The position numbers and the translations under genes were made by a program. 64,000 bases of DNA from the NCBI GenBank assembly GCA_947084935.1, contig CAMTUH010000010.1, forward strand, positions 4,538-68,537, written 5' to 3'. This document shows positions 16,931 to 24,950 of this stretch, piece after piece. Position 1 is the stretch's first letter. Each line of letters opens with the position of its first letter. A model generated the notes under the pieces. It was given only the letters and a program-made list of their open reading frames with translations, was not told the DNA's origin and searched no databases. This DNA is from an uncultured Coxiellaceae bacterium (GTDB lineage Bacteria; Pseudomonadota; Gammaproteobacteria; Coxiellales; Coxiellaceae).

Positions 16931-18367
16931 ATGTTAAAACCCATTGATATTCCCTCTTATGAAAACGTGCGTGTGATCGTGTACGGCGATCTGATGTTGG
17001 ATCGATATTGGCATGGAGAAGCGTCGCGTATTTCTCCCGAGGCTCCCGTTCCGGTCGTGCGTGTCAATGAGGCACAAGCTAGGCCCGGCGGTGCAGCGAA
17101 CGTGGCGCTGAACATGGCGTCTCTGGGCGGTTGCGTCACGTTGATGGGGCTGGTGGGAGCGGATAAAGAAGCTGATGAATTGCGTACGGCACTGACGTCG
17201 CAGAACATCGTTTGCCGCTTTCAGTCGGTTCCTGAATATTCAACGGTGACGAAGCTGCGCGTGCTCGGACAAAACCAGCAATTATTGCGGTTGGATTTTG
17301 AGAACCCTCTGGACCACTATGACGATCGCGATCTCCTTAAAAAGTACGAGCAGGAATTAACTCAAAATCACGTGGTGGTACTTTCCGATTATTCAAAAGG
17401 CGCTTTATTTAATTCTCTCGTTCTCATTCAAAAAGCAAAAGAGCGCGGCATTCCGGTTTTCGTAGATCCCAAGTCCAGTGATTTTAATCGCTATCGCGGC
17501 GCTACGGTGGTGACGCCTAATTTAAAAGAATTTGAAGCCGTTGTCGGTGAATGTGAAAACGATGACGTGTTGATTCAACGCGCACGTCGGTTGATTGATG
17601 AGTTTGATTTTGGCGGCCTCCTCATCACGCGCGGTAAACAGGGAATGATGTTAATTCAGAAAAATTGTGAAGCAATTCATTTGCCCGCGCTCGCGCGGGA
17701 AGTGTATGACGTTACCGGTGCGGGCGACACGGTGATTGCCGTGTTGGTGGCGTCTGTTGCAGCGGGAAGTTCTTTAGCAGATGCAGCTGAATTATCCAAT
17801 CTCGCAGCCGGCATTGTCGTGCGAAAATTAGGGGCAGCTACCGTGACGCCACCGGAATTACGGCGTGAATTACAGACGGCTACGGGCTCACACGTGGGTG
17901 CACTCACGGAAAAAGAATTATTGTTGACGGTGGCTGATGCACGCGCGCAAGGTGAGCGAATCGTCATGACGAACGGGTGTTTCGATGTGTTGCACGCCGG
18001 CCATGTCGATTATTTAGAAAAAGCCAAAGCGTTAGGGGATCGGCTCATCGTTGCTGTGAATGATGATGCATCGGTATCCCGTTTAAAAGGCGCGGAGCGC
18101 CCGCTCAATCCGCTCGCCGCGCGGATGTCGGTGTTGGCGGCTTTACGCTTCGTCGATTGGGTAGTGCCCTTTTCGGAAGAGTCACCGGCTCGTTTGATTG
18201 GTGCGGTGCGTCCTGATGTGCTCGTGAAGGGGGATGATTATCAAATTGAAGAAATCGCGGGAAGCGATGCAGTGATTAAAAACGGCGGAACAGTACTGAC
18301 TATTCCTTTGCGCACGGGGTTTTCAACGACTGGCCTCATCGAGAAAATCAGAGGGATAAAAGTATGA
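16931..18367 (+). CDS. hldE: bifunctional D-beta-D-heptose 7-phosphate kinase / heptose 1-phosphate adenylyltransferase
   Basis: N-terminal PfkB kinase domain (VYGDLMLDRYWHG, DVTGAGDTV) fused to the cytidylyltransferase domain (TNGCFDVLHAGHVDYL). 478 aa. Confidence 0.92.
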   Translation: MLKPIDIPSYENVRVIVYGDLMLDRYWHGEASRISPEAPVPVVRVNEAQARPGGAANVALNMASLGGCVTLMGLVGADKEADELRTALTSQNIVCRFQSVPEYSTVTKLRVLGQNQQLLRLDFENPLDHYDDRDLLKKYEQELTQNHVVVLSDYSKGALFNSLVLIQKAKERGIPVFVDPKSSDFNRYRGATVVTPNLKEFEAVVGECENDDVLIQRARRLIDEFDFGGLLITRGKQGMMLIQKNCEAIHLPALAREVYDVTGAGDTVIAVLVASVAAGSSLADAAELSNLAAGIVVRKLGAATVTPPELRRELQTATGSHVGALTEKELLLTVADARAQGERIVMTNGCFDVLHAGHVDYLEKAKALGDRLIVAVNDDASVSRLKGAERPLNPLAARMSVLAALRFVDWVVPFSEESPARLIGAVRPDVLVKGDDYQIEEIAGSDAVIKNGGTVLTIPLRTGFSTTGLIEKIRGIKV

Positions 18368-19323
18368 TTATCGTTACCGGCGGCGCGGGATTTATTGGCA
18401 GCAATATCGTTCACGCATTAAATGCGCGTGGGCGGACGGATATTTTAGTCGTCGATGATTTAACCAACGGAAAGAAATACCGTAATCTCATCGGCGCACA
18501 ACTTTTTGATTATCAGGATTACGAAGATTTTTTAGCGGACGTTATTGCCGATAAAATTTTTGCTAAGAAAGTTGATGCAATTTTTCACGAAGGAGCGTGT
18601 TCCGCAACGACCGAGTGGGATGGTCGGCATATGATGCGCGCTAATTATGATTACTCGAAACATCTGTTTCACTACAGTGTGCAGCATTGCATTCCGTTCG
18701 TTTACGCGTCCAGCGCTGCCGTTTATGGGATGAATAGTCAATTTGAAGAATCGTCTGTTTTGGAAGCGCCGCTGAATGTGTATGGTTATTCAAAATGGAT
18801 TTTCGATCAGTACGTTTTGCGGCATTTGCCCGAGCTGCGTTCGCCGGTAGTTGGGTTGCGTTATTTTAATGTGTACGGACCGCGCGAGCAGCACAAAGGA
18901 TCGATGGCCAGTGTGGCCCTGCATGCCATGAGTCAATTGCGGGAGTCTGGTGTTGTGCGCTTGTTTGAGGGATGCGATGGCTATGCTCATGGAGAACAGG
19001 TACGCGATTTTATTTCGGTGGAAGACGTCGTAAAAGTAAATCTGTGGTTCATGGAAAATCCCGGTAAAACGGGGGTATTTAACGTAGGAACGGGTAAAGC
19101 CCGTCCTTTTAATGACGTCGCCAGAAATTTAATTTCGTTACACGGATCCGGAAAAATCGAATATATTCCCTTTCCCGAAAAATTACGCGGTGCCTATCAA
19201 AGCTTCACACAAGCAAACGTCACGCGATTACGTGACGCCGGTTACCACACATCTTTTCTCACGCTCGAAGAAGGATTGGAGCGATATTGGCAGTGGGTTA
19301 ATGCCACACCCATCAAGGTTTAA
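18364..19323 (+). CDS. hldD: ADP-L-glycero-D-manno-heptose 6-epimerase
   Basis: MIIVTGGAGFIGSNIV Rossmann motif, YGYSK catalytic motif, 319 aa. 4-nt overlap with hldE. Confidence 0.92.
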   Translation: MIIVTGGAGFIGSNIVHALNARGRTDILVVDDLTNGKKYRNLIGAQLFDYQDYEDFLADVIADKIFAKKVDAIFHEGACSATTEWDGRHMMRANYDYSKHLFHYSVQHCIPFVYASSAAVYGMNSQFEESSVLEAPLNVYGYSKWIFDQYVLRHLPELRSPVVGLRYFNVYGPREQHKGSMASVALHAMSQLRESGVVRLFEGCDGYAHGEQVRDFISVEDVVKVNLWFMENPGKTGVFNVGTGKARPFNDVARNLISLHGSGKIEYIPFPEKLRGAYQSFTQANVTRLRDAGYHTSFLTLEEGLERYWQWVNATPIKV

Positions 19324-19413
19324 TTCGCACAAACCCATTTATGGAAAAGGTTACTGTATTGAATACGGGATGAAAATTGGAGCAAACTGAGTATAATCCA
19401 AACAGGACAGATA

Positions 19414-19986
19414 ATGCGTACAACTAAAATGAACAATATTTGCGTATTTGCCGGTGCTGCTCAAAGCGGCAATTCAGCTTATACACAAGCAGCGTGCCAA
19501 CTGGGAGGCGCCCTGGTTTCAAAAAACTTAGGGCTTGTTTATGGTGGTGCTAATATTGGATTAATGGCTGAGCTGGCAAATTCCGTTCTCAGCCTAAATG
19601 GTACTGCAGTTGGCGTTATCCCAAAAGCACTCCTGCATCACGAAATTGCACATCAGCATTTGACCCATCTGCACATCGTTGATTCAATGCACGACAGAAA
19701 ACGGTTAATGGATGAATTGGCTGACGGCTTTATCGCATTCCCCGGGGGATTGGGAACATTGGAAGAAACTTTTGAGATATGGAATGCTATCAAAATGGGT
19801 TTGTGTAAAAAACCACTGGGTTTACTCAATATTAACGGTTATTTTAATGAATTACTTAATTTCTTAAATCACGCTATCAGAGAAGAATTTATAAAAAAGG
19901 ATCATCTCAAGATGATCATTATCGGTGATAATCCGTTGACGCTCGTCGAACAAGTGTCTGAGCTGATGTTGCATGAAATTTCTTAG
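19414..19986 (+). CDS. LOG-family (TIGR00730) nucleotide phosphoribohydrolase
   Basis: LVYGGANIGLM and FPGGLGTLEE signature motifs. 190 aa. Confidence 0.8.
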   Translation: MRTTKMNNICVFAGAAQSGNSAYTQAACQLGGALVSKNLGLVYGGANIGLMAELANSVLSLNGTAVGVIPKALLHHEIAHQHLTHLHIVDSMHDRKRLMDELADGFIAFPGGLGTLEETFEIWNAIKMGLCKKPLGLLNINGYFNELLNFLNHAIREEFIKKDHLKMIIIGDNPLTLVEQVSELMLHEIS

Positions 19987-20029
19987 GTTGGGCTATATGG
20001 TGCAATAAGTTAAGACTATAAAATGTGGT

Positions 20030-20893
20030 ATGGACGGCTTAATACTTAAAAATCATTTTTCATTAAATGCCAGCAGTGAAGTTGGAGAAATCTGCAATTC
20101 ACCCTTGCAGAGTATAGGAATAACCTATTTCAACTACATCAAGATTTATCAAGACGGATCTCGAGATCTCTTAACTAATAATGCTCCTTGGATAGATCAT
20201 TTTTATAGAAATGCACTCTATCAGTCGGCTGCCACAGTAGATATCGAGCATTTATTGCCAAAGGGGTATTTTCTCTGGTCCGAGTTGGAGAGAAGTGACC
20301 CTATCTATAGCCAAGGAAGGGAATCTTTTAACATCGACAACGGAGTGAGCTTTGTAATTAAGCGCAAAGATGCCACACTTTTATATATTTTTGCTTCGAC
20401 TCGTGAAAACTATACAATAAATAATTATTATTTGCGAAATATTGATTTATTTAAACGATTCATCTTGTTTTTTAACGATAAAGGCTCGGATTTAATAAAA
20501 AAATCTTCTAAAAACCGTATTTACCTTCCAGAAAAACAAATTATTACTCCCAATCGTTTACGAGAAATAAAGATCAGCATTTCTAAGAGAGAAGAGTTTT
20601 ATCGTGAGACGCCAATAGAAAGATTTTATCTGATAAACCAGTCAGATAAATGCTATTTGACTCAAAAACAGGCAGAATGCGCTGCCTATCTGGTAGCTGG
20701 GGCTACAGCAAAACAATCCGCCAAAGCGATCGGTATATCCTATCGCACAGTAGAGGGGTATATCGATAATATAAAAGAAAAGATTTTTCTTTTAACGGGT
20801 ATAAAACCAAGCAAGAATGAATTGATTAAGATATTGCGAGATTCAGGAGTCCACGATGTCGTTTATCCGAATAAAATCGAAATTTGTAAGTAA
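20030..20893 (+). CDS. LuxR-family transcriptional regulator
   Basis: C-terminal LuxR/GerE HTH: LTQKQAECAAYLVAGATAKQSAKAIGISYRTVEGYIDNIKEKI. About 200-aa N-terminal sensor-like domain of unclear type. Confidence 0.7.
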   Translation: MDGLILKNHFSLNASSEVGEICNSPLQSIGITYFNYIKIYQDGSRDLLTNNAPWIDHFYRNALYQSAATVDIEHLLPKGYFLWSELERSDPIYSQGRESFNIDNGVSFVIKRKDATLLYIFASTRENYTINNYYLRNIDLFKRFILFFNDKGSDLIKKSSKNRIYLPEKQIITPNRLREIKISISKREEFYRETPIERFYLINQSDKCYLTQKQAECAAYLVAGATAKQSAKAIGISYRTVEGYIDNIKEKIFLLTGIKPSKNELIKILRDSGVHDVVYPNKIEICK

Positions 20894-20920
20894 CCGAAGT
20901 ACACACGGTCTTTACAAGCA

Positions 20921-20935
20921 CCGTATTTAATACGG
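20921..20935. promoter_or_regulatory. 15-bp palindrome CCGTATTTAATACGG; candidate LuxR-type operator
   Basis: 7-bp arms. Centred about 44 nt upstream of the start site predicted from a TACTAT -10 at 20960..20965. Lies between the LuxR-family gene and paralog B. Confidence 0.3.
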
Positions 20936-20996
20936 ATATTTTACCCGTTATTAACGCCTTACTATCAATGCTGACTAAATTAAAAGGAAAACGCAT

Positions 20997-21326
20997 ATGG
21001 AAAATATTATTCCCATAGAATCAACAACCTCTTTTATGAACCTCGAGGCGCTACAAGCTTCCTTCGACCCCGAGCCCGTCGAGCCGGATTATTACGTCCG
21101 TAATCTCGAGCGTTTTGGGATTATTTGCTATAAGCAGATGGGAGATCTGACCCGGTGTTTTGCTTTTGCGTGGCAAATCACTGCAGACACTCGATTGTTT
21201 ATCCGATTTGATGAGCGTGATCGCCACTTCATTCAGTCGCTGGCGCGCAGAGAACGCAAAGACAGTTGGTATCAAGAAGCGGGCAAACAACTGCGGCAGC
21301 TCGGATTCGAAAAGTTTACGGAATAA
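20997..21326 (+). CDS. conserved hypothetical protein, 109 aa; paralog B of the ORF at 3827..4159
   Basis: See paralog A. SD AAGGAA. Same conserved blocks. Confidence 0.65.
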   Translation: MENIIPIESTTSFMNLEALQASFDPEPVEPDYYVRNLERFGIICYKQMGDLTRCFAFAWQITADTRLFIRFDERDRHFIQSLARRERKDSWYQEAGKQLRQLGFEKFTE

Positions 21327-21361
21327 TGTTGCTTTGTACGTATTACAATAGATAGCAGAAA

Positions 21362-21416
21362 TTCCTTGATTTCGCGAAGTTTACCCCTGCGAAAGCAGGG
21401 GCTCCATCAAGGCTAC
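21362..21416 (-). repeat. REP-like palindromic unit, copy B (inverted relative to 8366..8399, with an extra internal hairpin)
   Basis: TTCCTTGATTTCGC ... GCTCCATCAAGGCTAC is the reverse complement of the termini of copy A. An additional CCCCTGC-GAAA-GCAGGGG hairpin lies inside. Confidence 0.6.
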
Positions 21417-21514
21417 AATCTGCGGGCTCCGCCGCCCGGGTCACAGTTTAATTGTACAAGGGTACCCTGCCTTGAATGAGCGGCGATATCAGGCTTGCGA
21501 GGCGCTCATTCATG

Positions 21515-21535
21515 GTATATACTTTAAGTATATAC
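21515..21535. promoter_or_regulatory. two GTATATAC palindromes separated by 5 nt; candidate VapB operator / promoter
   Basis: GTATATAC at 21515..21522 and 21528..21535, directly upstream of the SD (GGAG) and ATG of the AbrB-type antitoxin. Confidence 0.4.
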
Positions 21536-21554
21536 ATTGTCGCGGAGTAGTACC

Positions 21555-21782
21555 ATGCGTAAAACTAAGGTATTCCGATCCGGAAATTCTCAGGCCGTCC
21601 GGCTCCCCAAAGACCTTCAATTGGATGTAGATGAGGTGGAGATTTTTAAACGCAATGATGAACTGGTGATTCGTAAAATCCCGGTGAATCTAGCGCAGGC
21701 CTTTACCTTGTTGGTCAAAATGCCTGAAGATTTTATGTCAGAAGGCCGAGAAGATGAGCCGCCTCAAGAGAGGGATTTTTAG
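21555..21782 (+). CDS. vapB: AbrB/SpoVT-type antitoxin VapB
   Basis: MRKTKVFRSGNSQAVRLPKDL is the canonical swapped-hairpin motif. The ATG at 21555 has an SD, so the ORF-track TTG at 21537 is probably not used. Confidence 0.85.
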   Translation: MRKTKVFRSGNSQAVRLPKDLQLDVDEVEIFKRNDELVIRKIPVNLAQAFTLLVKMPEDFMSEGREDEPPQERDF

Positions 21783-22186
21783 TGAAATTAACGTATATGC
21801 TGGATACCAATATATGTGTTTACATCGCAAAAGAAAAGCCAACGAGTGTCCTCCATCGTTTTGAGCGCCTGAGGGTTGGAGAGGTAGCCATGTCCACCAT
21901 TACCTATGGTGAATTACTCTACGGCGCCCATAAAAGTCAATACCGAGAAAAAGCCACTAAACAACTGGAAGCATTAACGCATTTTATTCCCCCGTTGCCA
22001 TTGCCCACGGATGTTGCTGATTATTACGGAAAGATAAGAAATACCCTGGCAAGGAAAGGAACGCCCATTGGAAATAATGACCTGTGGATTGCTGCACATG
22101 CATTATCGTTGGATATTATATTGGTCACAAATAATGAGAAAGAATTTCAACGGATTGCAGAGTTAAAAATTGAAAATTGGGTTTGA
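21782..22186 (+). CDS. vapC: PIN-domain toxin VapC
   Basis: MLDTNICVY, TYGELLYG, NDLWIAAHALS and LVTNNEKEFQRI are PIN catalytic blocks. Start overlaps the vapB stop. Confidence 0.85.
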   Translation: MKLTYMLDTNICVYIAKEKPTSVLHRFERLRVGEVAMSTITYGELLYGAHKSQYREKATKQLEALTHFIPPLPLPTDVADYYGKIRNTLARKGTPIGNNDLWIAAHALSLDIILVTNNEKEFQRIAELKIENWV

Positions 22187-22200
22187 ATAAGACGCGTGCT

Positions 22201-22219
22201 CGCCCCGTGAAACGGGGCG
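22201..22219. terminator. GC-rich hairpin between convergent vapC and icmX
   Basis: CGCCCCG-TGAAA-CGGGGCG. No clear U-tract on either strand. Confidence 0.35.
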
Positions 22220-22239
22220 CCCCATCAGTGCCATGGTTA

Positions 22240-23382
22240 TTATTTTGATTGATTCGCCTTCGGATCAATAATCGCATTCACGTCTTGCGCCTTCGTTTGC
22301 AACAGCAGTTGGTTAGATTGACTGGATTGCAACAGCATGGCCGACAAAGTCGCTAATATTCTTTCGTTATCTAAATGGCTGCGTTGCAGTTGACTTTCAA
22401 TCTCAGCCAAAATGAGCACTTGTTCGCGTTGCACGGCGGTGGGTGAAGCCGTTTTAATCTCCTTATACCAGTCCGGGCTGTTGACGCGTTGGTTGGCGAT
22501 GTAATTTTCCACTTCGAGAGGGCTCGCGTATCCGGCTGGTAAATTTGGATTATTTGGCATGCCCGTTTGCGTGGCGAGATCTTTTACGGGAGTACGTTCG
22601 GCATGCAATAAATTTAAATTGCTGAGTGCCACGGATTTTGATGCCAACAAAGAACGCACCGCCAACTGGTATTGTTGATACACCGGGTTTGTAACGAAAT
22701 TATATAATGCCTGCGCGCGCTTATCTGGACTCATATCATTAATTTTTGATTTTAATTTCGCGAAGTCAATGCCACCCAGCAATGATTGGTATTGTTGGGT
22801 AACGTATTCAATGTAAGATTGTGACGCTTGTTGCTGATCGGTGCTGTAGGCTGAGGGGGTGATCAGAGAGTCGAAATTAAAATAATTGTCGTACGTCGTT
22901 GACGGTTTGCTGATGTTATCGAGCGAAGCCAAGGGATCCGTCATACTGTTTAAATAGAGCGTGTCATTTCCCGGCGTATTCGTAGTTAAATTTGCTAATA
23001 ATTGCTGACGATTATTAATATCGGCCGCTGTTTGCGGATCCGTTAATTGGCTTGCATTGATGACTTGTTCGGGAAATTCCATCAGGCTGGTGTCGAGTTG
23101 ATTTTGGGTATTGGCTGCTGCAGTGTTCCCCGCGTTCGCCAGCGCACCGCTTTTTTGAGAATTGGCTTGCATCGCCGTCGCCAGGTTTTGATCGAGTTGA
23201 TACAGCATCTCGTTGTACCCTTTCGATGCTGCTAGTGAAATCGCTTGAACTTCAACACCCAATTGTTTGATGGCGGCGATCACCCCGGCCAGTGGATCGT
23301 CAGCGGCAAACGTGGCACTTGAAATCGATAAAAGTCCAGCAATGGTGAGTAAGCAAAATAAACGTCTTTTTTTCATCTTCAA
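22240..23382 (-). CDS. icmX: Dot/Icm T4BSS periplasmic protein IcmX
   Basis: Sec signal peptide (MKMKKRRLFCLLTIAGLLSISSATFA). Sits downstream of icmW in the same operon, as in Legionella and Coxiella. Q/N-rich secreted protein. The call rests mainly on synteny. Confidence 0.7.
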   Translation of the reverse strand: MKMKKRRLFCLLTIAGLLSISSATFAADDPLAGVIAAIKQLGVEVQAISLAASKGYNEMLYQLDQNLATAMQANSQKSGALANAGNTAAANTQNQLDTSLMEFPEQVINASQLTDPQTAADINNRQQLLANLTTNTPGNDTLYLNSMTDPLASLDNISKPSTTYDNYFNFDSLITPSAYSTDQQQASQSYIEYVTQQYQSLLGGIDFAKLKSKINDMSPDKRAQALYNFVTNPVYQQYQLAVRSLLASKSVALSNLNLLHAERTPVKDLATQTGMPNNPNLPAGYASPLEVENYIANQRVNSPDWYKEIKTASPTAVQREQVLILAEIESQLQRSHLDNERILATLSAMLLQSSQSNQLLLQTKAQDVNAIIDPKANQSK

Positions 23383-23392
23383 ACCCTTCTTT

Positions 23393-23842
23393 TTAGAACC
23401 AGTGTATGGATGAACCGGTGGTGTTGTTGGTTTTTGTTTGATTATCCGTTTCGCTAACTGTGTTTTGCGTGGCGGTGGATTTTATATTTGTATCCGATTT
23501 TGGGAGGCTGACAATGGGAGCGGGTACATTGCCCGGCGTTGGATTTTCGCTGAAATTGGCGTAGTAATTGCTTTCAAAGGCGCGTGTGGCTAATAGCGAG
23601 GCGCAATTATCCGCACTGCTGAGTACGGAGCACGAGTTTGCAATTTGGCATGCGCTGAGGGCCTGTGCGATAGTGTTTGCAGTCGAACGGTTTGAAGCAA
23701 CCAACGCCAGAAATGCGGAATCAGAATAATTATTTAAATACGCGTTGCAGGCAGCAGAAGGATCATCGGCAAAGCTGCTCGTTGAAGCGATCAGTAGTGC
23801 AAGCGCGCTCGTCGTCAGTAAACGGTGATGATTTCGTTTCAT
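23393..23842 (-). CDS. secreted Cys-rich hypothetical protein, 149 aa, between icmW and icmX
   Basis: Signal peptide ..LLIASTSSFA/DD and six Cys in the mature part. Start overlaps the icmW stop by 4 nt, and its stop is 10 nt from the icmX start. SD GAGGA lies inside the icmW 3' end. Confidence 0.55.
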   Translation of the reverse strand: MKRNHHRLLTTSALALLIASTSSFADDPSAACNAYLNNYSDSAFLALVASNRSTANTIAQALSACQIANSCSVLSSADNCASLLATRAFESNYYANFSENPTPGNVPAPIVSLPKSDTNIKSTATQNTVSETDNQTKTNNTTGSSIHWF

Positions 23843-24288
23843 ATTCCGCCATCCTCAAGAGTTTTTAATACCAGTTTGAATCGATCGGGAGCAAAGACGC
23901 GGCTCAATAATCTCAGCCGTTCAAAAACGATATTACGCCGCAAAAAAATTCCTGCGGTATCCGTGTCGGATTTTGTGATTTCTTCGGCGTGCATCAGTGT
24001 TTTCGCTGCGGCGCCGGGATACGCGGTATCCAAACACATTAAAAGACGTAGTCCACGTCCGGTTTTAAGGCTGGAGACGAGTTTGATCATGGCGTCTTGT
24101 TGTTGCAAATCGATGTTGCCGATGTCGTCGAGGGTTTCACCGAGTTTTTTTAATGCGGCTTCCAGTTCGGAGTTGTTGTCGGCAGTCCAATCTTCGACGC
24201 CTTCCATAAAGGAAATAACGCGATAGATGACGGGATCTTTGTAGTCACGCCAAAATTGATGGACGGCTTTGTGGCTGAGATCTGGCAT
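23839..24288 (-). CDS. icmW: Dot/Icm chaperone/adaptor IcmW
   Basis: Collinear by eye with L. pneumophila IcmW: MPDLSH, DP.IYRVI.FME.VE.WT, KTGRGLRLL, IHAEE, FL.RNIVFERLRLLSRVF. Confidence 0.88.
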   Translation of the reverse strand: MPDLSHKAVHQFWRDYKDPVIYRVISFMEGVEDWTADNNSELEAALKKLGETLDDIGNIDLQQQDAMIKLVSSLKTGRGLRLLMCLDTAYPGAAAKTLMHAEEITKSDTDTAGIFLRRNIVFERLRLLSRVFAPDRFKLVLKTLEDGGI

Positions 24289-24314
24289 TTCTGACCTTTT
24301 TAAATGGTTAGATC

Positions 24315-24347
24315 AGGATACACCCAGAACCTTAAGAAAATATTAAG
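24315..24347 (-). promoter_or_regulatory. PmrA-box promoter of icmW
   Basis: Minus strand reads CTTAATATT-TT-CTTAAGG-N9-TATCCT. The -10 ends 26 nt before the icmW ATG. Confidence 0.65.
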
Positions 24348-24431
24348 TAAATGTTAAAATTTCACGAATTCGTGCGGCTTTTAATTTCAAATTAATTTTA
24401 CTCACAAAAAAATCCTTTCTTTTAATTGATC

Positions 24432-24464
24432 CTTAATAATACCTTAAGGAGTGGGTGCTAGCAT
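24432..24464 (+). promoter_or_regulatory. PmrA-box promoter of icmV-dotA
   Basis: CTTAATAAT-AC-CTTAAGG-N9-TAGCAT. The -10 ends 21 nt before the icmV ATG, which has the SD GAGAGGAG. Confidence 0.65.
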
Positions 24465-24485
24465 GATCAAACGAGAGGAGACCCC

Positions 24486-24950
24486 ATGGGCTTTAAAAAT
24501 GTCATGAAGAAGGGCTTGTTTTCGGGGCTGAATCCCATGCGGTGGATCGGTTTCGAGCAAATCGCCGGCAATGCCAAAACGATTAAAAATCTCGCCGACG
24601 GCATTGTCAAAGCTTCCGGTAAAGAAGAATCCCCCACGCATCCCCATTCGTTTGAAGAAGCCATGCAACGTTATGGGTTAAGCGAAGACGATATCAAACA
24701 GCGTATGCGCACGGCCGTGCAAATCAGCGTCATCTGCCTGCTGCTCAGCATTCCAATGATGGGTTACGCGATTTATCTCTTTGTGAAAAACTTTCCCTTG
24801 TCCGCGTTTGTTTGCATTATGTTGACGCTGTTGTTGTGGGCCTACGCGTTTCGCGAACATTTTAATTATTTCCAAATGAAGCAGCGCCGTTTGGGGTGCA
24901 CGTTTAAAGAATGGTTTGTTTACACCGTTAAGGGTAAGGGGTCACGATGA
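24486..24950 (+). CDS. icmV: Dot/Icm inner-membrane protein IcmV
   Basis: 154 aa with two TM helices. Divergent from icmW and 4-nt overlap with dotA, as in known loci. Confidence 0.78.
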   Translation: MGFKNVMKKGLFSGLNPMRWIGFEQIAGNAKTIKNLADGIVKASGKEESPTHPHSFEEAMQRYGLSEDDIKQRMRTAVQISVICLLLSIPMMGYAIYLFVKNFPLSAFVCIMLTLLLWAYAFREHFNYFQMKQRRLGCTFKEWFVYTVKGKGSR

